A DNA stretch of 64,000 nt. Source: Hyaloraphidium curvatum SAG 235-1. Its lineage: Eukaryota > Fungi > Monoblepharomycota. Positions 50,030-59,556 of this stretch are shown here, one piece after another. The notes beneath the pieces are model-generated. The model saw only the letters and a list, made by a program, of their open reading frames with translations, did not search any database and was not told the DNA's origin. Where the stretch lies: contig JAIVFI010000017.1 in NCBI GenBank assembly GCA_025558095.1, forward strand, positions 434,001 through 498,000, in the 5' to 3' direction. Position numbers and translations under genes: made by a program. Position 1 is the first letter of the stretch, and each line of letters starts with the position of its first letter.

Positions 50030-52413
50030 GACCGAGCTCTCCAAGCTGACTCTGGTGGAGCAGCTGGTGTTGGTCCGCCGCGGTCGTGGCGGGCAAGCTG
50101 CGCCAAAACGTTGTGCAACGGCTCCACGCCGGGGACCGCTTCCAGCCCGTGGACAACTCGGCGTTTGGGCGTTGGATTTCGGCCTATATCGGTCATCTCC
50201 ATCGGCTGAAGGAGGGCGGCACCGGCAAGGACGGCAAGCCCGTTCCTTTTGCCCTTGCCGACGTCGTTCGGGGCTGGAATGTACCGCGCATCAAGGCCGT
50301 CCAGAATGCCTTGGACAAGCAGAACCAGCAAACATTGATCAACACCACCACGGCACCCGGCCTTCCCGCGCTCATGAACAGGATGATCCCCGGCCTGGCC
50401 CGCGTCGTACGCGGTCCGGCGATGGACCGGGGGGACGCCCACGTGGACAGGTTCCAGCCCTACAAGTCTAACCACTTCCAGTCAAACGGTACCGACACCC
50501 GGGTCCTGGTGACCAACCAGCGCCATCCGCACCGCTACAACCAACTCGGCGGCGTGCGGACCAAGACTGCGGTGGGCCACTTGGCGCAGCGGCAGCTGAC
50601 TGCGAGCAGATGCTGACCACCACTCGATCGCGGCAGGCGGGGGACCCGATCCTCGGCGACAGCCCACGGTGGCCCAGCGACTGCAGGGGCTGCAAGAAGG
50701 GCAAGTGCGATCGGCTGTACCCCGGCTGCTCGTAGGTGTCCCACACGATCACCGACGCCGATATGCCTAATCCCGAGTTGCCGACGCCCGCGATCAGCGA
50801 CTGTGCCGCGGCCAACCGCGCGTGCGTGTACGATCTGCCCACCTGCAAGCCGTGCGAGGATGCAGAGCGAGATTGCGACGGCTGCATGCCGACCTGCGGG
50901 TGCGTCTCCAGCTTTGACGCGCATGCCGGCGCCACAGTCTCAGACCATCCGGTGCCGCGCAGCCACTGCTCTGCCAGCTCGACGTCGTGCACGTGGTCCG
51001 TCTCGCAGCCAGAGCAATTCGCGCAGGTGACAAGCAACGCGTTCCGCCGAACGCTGCCCGAACTTGCCGGGCATCGGCACATCAAGGCCGCGACCGCGGC
51101 AGCGGCGCCGGCGGCGGACACCGAGGCCGCGAGCGCGACCGCCGGCATCTCCTGCTCCATCGCCGACACCTCCCCCTCCTCGCGCCCCTCCTCGCGCCCC
51201 GCCCGGGCCCCCGGCCTGCGGCTCCACCCCGATTTCCAGCCGCTGCTCCTTGTCGTGCTGCCACGTTCGCGCCGGCGCCGCCGACACGCATGACCACGCG
51301 CGAATCGTGGTCCTAGAAGGACAGCTGTGCTGTCGCCCTCCATCCGGCCCCGGCGGCCGACGATTCCAGAAGCTGCAGAACGACGGCAAGGACGTGCCGT
51401 ACTTCTTCACGCACGCGACGACCATCGAGGCTGCGGACAGCCTCGCCCTCGAGTCGATCCTGGTGGCGGTCGACCCCGGCACCGGCGGCCACACCACCAG
51501 CATCACCGTTCGCTTCCGCGGCGAGGGTGGCCAGCTGGAACAACTGACCGTGCACCGCAAGTTCGAGCCCCTCTCGTCGGCCGGGTACCGTGCGCGCGAC
51601 GAGGAGGCGAGGTCGGCGGCCTGGTGGGAGGCACACGGCGCGATGTCGCAGGGGTTGCGCGGGATCTCGAGGTCGCCGTACCCCATGGACGGCGTCATGG
51701 CCGGTGCGCGAGCTGTCGTCCGCGTTTCCGAGCGCCGCAGTGCTGACCTCTTTCCCGTGCCCAGGTACCGCCTTCCTCCGCAATGCCGGCCCCCTCCTCG
51801 ACCACGCGCAGAGCCGCGAAGCCCAGCTGGCCAAGGCTTACCGGTTCCGCGCCGTCCAGGCCCGCAGCAACGCCATCATCAACTGGGTCACGGAGGCCTG
51901 CGAGGACGTACGTCGAGACGTACAACGCCGCCGTCCGCCAGGCCAAGGTCGCGCACGGTGGCCGCAAGCCGACCGCCGAGGAGCTCAGGACCACGGAGCG
52001 CGCGGCGCACGAGGCTGCGGAGCGGGCCGTCGACGGCATCGACGCGGTGCCCAACCCCATCGTCCTCCGCGGGGCCGGCCAGGGCTCGGCGTCCAAGATG
52101 CCGTACCGCGGCGGCATCGCCGAGCTGCTCTCGCGCCACTACCTGGTGATGCTCGGGGAACACCTCGCAACGGTGCCCGACGTGCTTGTCAGAGTTGAAG
52201 CCGTACCCGCTGCGCAAGGGCGATGTAGAGCACAAGGTCTGCCCATCCTGTACCGGTTGCTCGGACAGGCACGGCTTCAAGGACAAGCTCGAGGTCAACA
52301 AGAATCGGTCGGCGACGCTGTGCCTCGTTCGAGTTTTCCTGCACATCATCGCCACCGGCCAGCGGCCCGCCGCCTTCACCCACCCCGCCGCTTTGCGCGG
52401 AACAGCCGGATAA
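50030..52413 (+). mobile_element. Decayed Fanzor1/TnpB-like RNA-guided endonuclease gene with spliceosomal introns
   Basis: RuvC-I ILVAVDPG (D 51472), PIVLRGAG..LLSRHYLVMLGEH (E 52158), CPTC..CPSC zinc ribbon, EVNKNRSA (RD to KN), C-terminal GQRPAAF; introns 50572-50636 and 51704-51764; TAG 50733-50735 and frameshifts; 5' end undefined. Confidence 0.75.
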
Positions 52414-52605
52414 ACCGACCCGGCGCGAACCTGAATGGGTGAGTGTGGATTGCTCTCGGGCAGGGCTTTCTCCGGTTCTGAGCATTGACGGAGGAGTTAA
52501 CCAACCATGCCCCCCCCCCCCCTTGGTTGCTCGAAGTCAATCAAGTTTCGTCCATCAACTTCACCGAAGTGGCCCGTGCCACACCGAGCTAGCTCAATCG
52601 CCCCA

Positions 52606-53112
52606 TCACGTCGCCGAAGAAGGGGCTTGTGGCATGACCACGATCCCGTCCTCATCGGCACACAACCACTCCCCCGGGCGGATCAGGACCCCTTGAATCG
52701 TGACGGGCACCTCGACCAGTCCCGGCGCCTTCCTGTCGGTCGGCATCGGCACGTTCGCGAGTGCAAACAGTCCGACGTCGCTCGCCGCAAGTTCCGCCAC
52801 GTCCCGAACGCAGCCGTCCACGACCGCGCCTGCCCAACCGTTCTTGGCCGCCGCCGCGGCGATGTTGCCGCCAATCAGAGCCCGGCGAAGCGAGCCGCCC
52901 CCATCGACGACCAAAACGCGTTCTTCTCCGGGAGATTCCAAAAGCTGCTTGACTGACGTATTGTCCTCGTAGCATTTCGCGGTCACGACCGTGCCGTGAA
53001 AGGCCTTTCGCCCGCCGTATGATCGGAATACAGGAGGAAGAACGCGAAAGGTCCAGTCAGACGACGCTTTGTACGCGTCGCAGAGGTCGCAGGTTGAGAC
53101 ATGGGTGGCCAT
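52606..53112 (-). CDS. rraA: RraA/MenG-family (HMG aldolase / RNase E regulator) protein, intronless, bacterial-like
   Basis: STCDLCD, KCYEDN, VLVVDGGGSLRRALIGGNI, GWAGAVVDGCVRD, ADEDGIVV. Confidence 0.92.
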   Translation of the reverse strand: MATHVSTCDLCDAYKASSDWTFRVLPPVFRSYGGRKAFHGTVVTAKCYEDNTSVKQLLESPGEERVLVVDGGGSLRRALIGGNIAAAAAKNGWAGAVVDGCVRDVAELAASDVGLFALANVPMPTDRKAPGLVEVPVTIQGVLIRPGEWLCADEDGIVVMPQAPSSAT

Positions 53113-53191
53113 CAGAGCGAGAAGTGGAGAGCTGGATGGACTGACGAGAGACTCCAGGCCCACGCTGCCACCGACGATACCCATTTCCGAC

Positions 53192-56100
53192 ATGCTCGGC
53201 GGCGCGCCGGCCGCAGGCATGGAGCTCTCGTGGCAAAAACTGGCTCCAGATGATCCAACGGGCCAGCGCGAGGCGCCTGCGTCCTCGCCGAACGCGACGG
53301 AGCCGGACAGCGAGCCGCCCGTCCCGCCGGCGCCCCCGCAACCCTCTGCGCGGCATTCGCACGTGCTGCTGCCGTACAAAATACCCGACAGGAATGAGGA
53401 CATGGTTTTGCTTTTGGGAGGCGGCTCTGCGGACGGTCTGAGGGAGGACGTGGCCTGGTGCTTTCACCTCCGTGGGTTCAAGTTGGAGCACTCGCTCGTT
53501 CCACTATTAGAGCCTTCCTTCAACGCATTTCCAATGTCGGGACACAACAATGGTTTCGTTATTCTCCAGAATCTCGCTCTTGGGCTCCTGTTCAGCTGGT
53601 GGGCGACCCGTTTCCGCCCATCGCCGGTTGCGCGGCGACCGTCGTTGGAGAGGACGCCTACATCTACGGCGGCATTGTCTCTAAAGAGCAATCTGACGGG
53701 CTTACGGTCGATGTCCTGCAGCGCAAAGTGGGTCGTTCTGAGGATTACGTCGAGGCGCGACGTTCACCTTGGTACAGCTCTACAGAGTGAACCTTCCGAC
53801 CCACACCGTCACACTTCTCTATCCTCGCCCGATTCCTGCTTCGTCTCCTTTCCCTCCGCCGACACCCAACCTCAATCTTCCCCCCGCTTTGATCCACGCG
53901 ACGCTGTGCTATCTTCCCCATCCCGACCAACCGGGTGACCTCGTTCTCTTTGGCGGCTTCAGCAGCTCGGCCGAATCTCAGGACAGCACCTGGTCGTTCG
54001 ACCTGTCCCAGCCGGCACGAGGCTGGCGCCGTGCGGAGCTTCCGCAAATGAAACCGCAGGCCCGGGACGGGCATGGCGCCGTAATCTGGAAGGTCGGAGA
54101 CAAGAGGAAGCTCATGGTCGTGGGAGGATCGTCGCGGGGGTTGGTCAAGGGTTTGCGGCTCGGCGACGTTTGGGAGCTGGAGTGGGGTGGGTCAATCTGC
54201 TCGGTCACATTCCTCGGAGCGCGTGGCTCATTAGGGAACCCGAGCAGACGAGCCGCGCCCTTCTTGGTCGCCCGTTTTCCCCGAAGCTGGCTCGCCTCTC
54301 CTCCCTCCGCGAGCGCAGCTCACGACCCACCTGGTCGGGCGCAAGCTCATATGCGTGTTTGGCAAGCTTGCTGCCGGCTCGCTGGAAGAGCGCAACAAAG
54401 TCTCGGACGAGATCTGGTGTTTTGATCTGTCGTCCCGGACGTGGGAAAAGCTCTGGTCGGGGGAGAGCGGGTCTGGTCCAAAGGCCCGAGGCGGGCATGC
54501 TTCTTGCTTGGTAAGTCGTGAAGTCTCGCAGCCATCGAGAGCGCTGAACATTTGTGGCCAAGCTCGGGACTGACCTCTTCATTCACGGCGGCGCGGGACA
54601 CGATACCAACGACGAGGCCGAAACCTCCCTTTCCGACACATGGCTCCTCCCTCTCGGACCTCCTGCTCCGATCGGTCCTCCCCGAATCGTCGACATCTCT
54701 GATACGGCTTTCACAATTCGATGGACCGATCCATACCCGTCCCAATCCGTCGCGTACAGGGTCGACTGCCGGCCGGAAGGCGGAGCAACCTGGACGGAGA
54801 CTTTGGTGCCTGCTGGATCATTGACGGAGCATCGCATGGAAGGACTGAACGTCAACAATGGGTACGAATGTCGTGTGGTGGCCATCGGAGCTTCTGGCGA
54901 CAGCACACGTTGGGGTGAGCCCGAATCCGTGGAGGCGTGGACCTACGGTGGGTTGGAAATCATGCAAGAGCACATGTCTCGATGTTGACGTAGCTGCGCA
55001 GGTCCGCCCGACCAACCGGCCATTTCCCATGTTGTGCCCGTGCGGGATTTCGTGAGCGTCCACGTGGTTCGACCCCGTCAACATGCATGGGACCCGCCAT
55101 CTGGTCGTACGGACGTCCAGATCCGTATCAAATCCGTGGACATCGACGACGGTGGACCGCCGATTTCCGAGGCTCCAGAGGGTGACAGACCGGCCGCGAA
55201 GCCGAGGGCGACAAAGATCCACTACAAGGGAATCTCGACGTTCGTGCCAGCGGCCGCGCGCGCTTCTCCCGCTCCGGATGTGCCACAGGATTTCGAAGCT
55301 ACTCTTTCGATCGGACCCGGGGAATCAGTCGCGGAGGTCTCCATTTCCTTGTTGGCCTCACATGTACACGCGCGGTCCTCCTCTTTCCGGGAAGCAGAGC
55401 AGCGGGTGGCCGCGGCCGCTGAAGAATACGCTCTGCGGATCCACGAGCTTCGGAAGCTTGCTTTGCCAGGTGCCGAGCCCGGGCCGGACGCGGATGAAGC
55501 GGACCAACCGAGAAGGAGGGGCCGCCGTGAGCTCTTCGAGAACTCGGATGACTTCCCGCTCGACCTCGAGAAGGTGGAGGCCGAGCCGCCTAGCGACTAC
55601 AAGCACAAGGTCTACGTCATCTATGAAGCCCGCGCTCTGGTGGAAAACGCTTACGGGCGGAGTCCCCTGAGCAAAGCCGTGACTTTCCAGAGAGCCGAGT
55701 ACATCAGCGCGCCCATACCATGGCGAGCTAGGCCGGAGCCGACGGAAGAGATGCTTCGCCGGGCGGAGCAGCTCGAACAGGCACGGAGAGAGCGCGAGGA
55801 GGAGGAACGGCGGCAGGAGGCCGAGTTCGAAGCCGAAATGCGCCTCCTGGGAATCGAAACTGGGGCGGACGGAGCCGAAGACGAAACCGACGGACGGAGG
55901 GTCAAGAAACCCCGGAAGGACAAGTCTGCTGACGCGGTCAACGCTGCCGGAGTGGAGCCGCCGCCAAGGAAGCCTCGACCGCCGAAGGAACCCGTTCAGC
56001 TCGTGCCACCGGAGCCGGAAGCGGATTGGATCTCGCCGCCTCCGCTACAAGGCGACGAGTATCCGAACGGGCTGCCCAATCGGTGGCCGTACAACATCGA

Positions 56101-56712
56101 GTACGGCAGACCCATCAAGGTCAGGTGGAGCACATACAGGGACGCCGTTTTCGAAGGGCGAGCGCTGTGGTACCGACGGGCGAAGCTCCTGAGCGAAGAT
56201 CGACTCTCGCATGAGCTCGGTTGGGTCTTGGAGGTGCACAGGTGAGCTTCCTTGTTCCCCAGCTGCTTTGCTCTTCTCACTAGGTTGCCAGCTCGGGGTT
56301 TCCCTGCGAAGGCGACGGCATGATTTTCCTGAACGCGGATACCGAGTCCGCGATCATGGAGGCCCCACATGCGCGCCGGCTCACGCAAGAGGAGGTGGAA
56401 CCCAGGAAGCGCGACCAGAGCCAGAGCCGGCAGACTCTCATGTCCCTCATCAAGCACGTGGCCATGGAGAAGTACTGGTTTGCGGTCAACGCCCCCGACT
56501 TCTTGGCGCAGGCGCCGAAGGAGTACCACATATCCCCTGCGGACTTGGCAGAGATCCGGGCGGGCCCTTGGAGGCGGGACAACTTCAAGCGGAACAAGGG
56601 GCCCGTGCTGATTGATGGAGCTCAGCACGATCTCATTGACTTTGTGTACGGCGGTTCCGGGAAGTCGAGTGTGAACGAGGAGCCGCGGCGGCACGCAAGG
56701 CTCGGAGCCTAA
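53192..56712 (+). CDS. Kelch-repeat plus fibronectin type III protein, several introns
   Basis: Kelch GG motifs (LLGGG, IYGG, LFGGF, VVGG, VFG, IHGG) with R.GH; FN3 PPRIVDISDTAFTIRW..LNVNNGYECRVVA; stop 56710-56712. Confidence 0.75.
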
Positions 56713-56755
56713 GATATCACAATTGTATACCATGTACAAAGATCAAGAGTTTTTC

Positions 56756-58080
56756 TCAGAAATTGTACTTGTAGGCCTGCCACAGCGCAGGCCAGTGCTT
56801 CGCCATGAACGGAAATTGCCGGATGCGGTTCTCGATCCACCGATCCGCCCGGTTCTTGACGCTGCCGTTCCACCCAACGATCACATCAGTCTGCATCGCA
56901 CTCTGGTGAGGCAAGCTGCAGGCAAGAAAAGAGAAACGAGCAGACGCACCTTGATGGAATCGGCCTGCCCGACGTAGCGACGCAGCTCGGCCGGGATCTT
57001 CTCCACCGGCACGGGTTCCAGCTCGAGGTCGAGGGAAGGCAAGAGGAAGAACGGAACGCTGATGCGCCCACGGTCGTTCTTGACGGAGCGCGAGTTGACC
57101 CTGTGCACCGTCGCCGCCAAGGCGCCGTGGGACATTTCCTCCAACGGAAGGCCAATGTTGACCACTGCAGTGTCCGGAAGATTGGGAACCTTGATCCATG
57201 AACCATCGTGCGCCTGCACTTCCAGACCCTCGTCGTCCTGCACGAGGATCGTCAGCAGCGTGTTGTTGTCCTTGTGAGGCCCGCAGCCTTGGAGGAAGCC
57301 GTCCTTGTCCAGCAGATCGGGCAGCGCTTTGATGTCGTCCGACTCCAGGTCTACCTTCGGGTAGTAGGCAACCTTGCAGAGGCAGAAGGGCTCCGGATCC
57401 GCCGGGTCCTCGTGGAAGGTAAAGTACCTGGGCGCAGGTAATTCTCAGGCAAATCGAAGACACGCAGGCAAAGTGAAGTACCTGTCCAGGTAGTTTTCCG
57501 GCAAATCGAAGAGACGGAGCATGAGGCGGATGAGAGTCATCTGCGCCTTGTATGCCCGGTCGATGTACTGCAACATGGTCTCGCGAAACTCGGGGAACTT
57601 TTCCTCATCTGGCCATTGGTTCGGGCCCCGGAAGCACTGCCTCCACTGGACCGCGTCCGGATCCGTGGTCGGTTCGAGTTCGAATCCAAGATCGACGTTC
57701 TCACGAAGATTCTGGTGGTACTGAGTCCGCTCGTCGCCGAGCTTCGTCCAACCGCGGAAGAACTTGCTGTTGCTCATGTGCAACTTGTCCTTCTCGGATT
57801 CTGGCTGCCCGAAGAAGAGGTGGCATTGCTCAAGGAGCTTGTTGATGAAAGCCTGGTCCAATCCTGGCATGTTTCGGAGCAGCAGGAAGCCGACGTCCGT
57901 CACCGCATAGCGGAGGAGTCGCTCGAACTCGGCACGCTCCGCTGGGTCCCCGGAGGAGAGTAGGTTCATGTCGATGAGCGGGATGACGAGCTTGCCGTCC
58001 GCATCGACCGTCCGCCCATCTTCCCATCGGTAGTAGGAGCTCACGGCAGCGGAGGCGACCGCGCCTTCAGAGGAGGGCAT
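56756..58080 (-). CDS. 2-oxoglutarate/Fe(II) dioxygenase, IPNS/DIOX family, 2 introns
   Basis: IPLIDM, VGFLLL, GPNQWP, GPHKD (HxD), VVNIG, ATVHRV, RISVPFF. Confidence 0.92.
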
Positions 58081-58307
58081 GCCACCGACACCGAGGTGAA
58101 CGAGCCAATTGGCGCGAGCGTGAAATCTGCTTCGTACTCAAGGCGCCCCGCCGGTCTAACGAATCTGGTAAGCGAGTCGCCGGCGTGCACGGACTTGTTC
58201 GCGGTTGGTGTCTCCCGCAGAAGTTGCGGAGGCCTTGCCACCACATCCTTCCCGCCCTTTCTCTCTCCTGTCACATTGAAGAATCGATTCCACGAAATGC
58301 AGGTATA

Positions 58308-59192
58308 CTACAGCAGGCTCCCGGGATCCTTCCACGAATCCTCGGCAAAGAACCCCGCGAAAATGGGGACGCCGACGCCGTCCCGTTCGATCCAGCAGAA
58401 AAAGGGCCGGTCAATGGTGATCCAGGGTTTAGTGATCGCAGGTCGGCTTCTTTTCATACCCATTGCCGCGGCCGACTGCGCTCTGGCTCCGATCTCGTTC
58501 ATGCGGAACTTTGTTTTCTGAACGGCTTGCGAAACCTCGTAATGATCCGCGTCGGGAGACGTGCGGAGGCCGACAAGAAAGTCCAGATTTTCGCCGCCAG
58601 AGTACGTGATGCACGGGAAAATGACCCCGGAGACAGCCATACTTTTGCGTGGAAGCGCCTTTATGGAGTCCAGCGCGTCCGGCATACCTAAATGCCCACC
58701 CGCGGCCTTTTCTGCCAGATCTCCAGCAACTGACATGTAGACGACGTCCTTGCTCTTTGTCGTCAGCTTCACGACAGGGTGGGGGTGTCCTTCAGCTTGG
58801 AATGCTTCGACCCCATTGGCCTGCTGAACGCCGGGAAACGAGTTCTCGTTCGCCCTGATCGACGTCTTCAGCCCGGCCTTGGTCCACTCCACCAGCACGT
58901 CCATGACACTGGCGACGGCAAAGCCCCCGGGGCCGGTCTCGTCCAGCTTTACGTCCGGCCACCCCTTGCTGGCGAGCCACGCGTTGACTTCGGCCGCCCG
59001 CGCCGCCGCCTGGCGCTCCAATTGGGATCCCATCGCGTCCACGTCCACGAGACGAGTCCGATAACGCGCCAAGAAAGCGCGCTGCGTGTCCGTGACTGCG
59101 CTCCAGTTCTGCGGCCTGCCGAGCCATTCCTCGGCTGCGCGGAGGCATCCGAGCACGGGGAGTATGGTCGAAGTCGCGCTCGACAGGCTCAT
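58308..59192 (-). CDS. Short serpin-like protein, intronless
   Basis: VNAWL, hinge-like MNEIGARAQSAAAMGM, serpin signature IDRPFF..I, PIFAG; ~294 aa, N-terminal helices apparently reduced. Confidence 0.65.
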   Translation of the reverse strand: MSLSSATSTILPVLGCLRAAEEWLGRPQNWSAVTDTQRAFLARYRTRLVDVDAMGSQLERQAAARAAEVNAWLASKGWPDVKLDETGPGGFAVASVMDVLVEWTKAGLKTSIRANENSFPGVQQANGVEAFQAEGHPHPVVKLTTKSKDVVYMSVAGDLAEKAAGGHLGMPDALDSIKALPRKSMAVSGVIFPCITYSGGENLDFLVGLRTSPDADHYEVSQAVQKTKFRMNEIGARAQSAAAMGMKRSRPAITKPWITIDRPFFCWIERDGVGVPIFAGFFAEDSWKDPGSLL

Positions 59193-59556
59193 CACAGGGG
59201 AGAATGCTTTTCCGGCAAGTCAAGAAGTGGGGTCAAGGATGCATTGGACCCCACCACGAAACGAGTCACCGATCAGGGTCCAACTTTGGGGACACATCCT
59301 CATTCCCTGCTACGGCGCTTGTCGTGGGTTCTACAGATCCATTCTCGTCTTCGATCATCGGAGCTTAGGATCGCTAGAGTGGACCGACAGAAAGAACTTG
59401 CCACCGCCAAGCAGCCCGGGACCGAAGGGGGTAATCAGCGCGGAGTAACTCGCTCGCAAAGGGAGACACCACAACATCCGCGGTTGAACTGCCCTTGTAC
59501 TCGAACCACGACTTCTTGTCGCGCCATTGTAGCGACTTGTACGCTTTCTCGCAGGA

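Noticed and set aside
49870-50030. Left end / terminal inverted repeat of the Fanzor element
   Set aside because: No inverted match to the candidate right end or TSD could be seen; the element appears 5'-truncated
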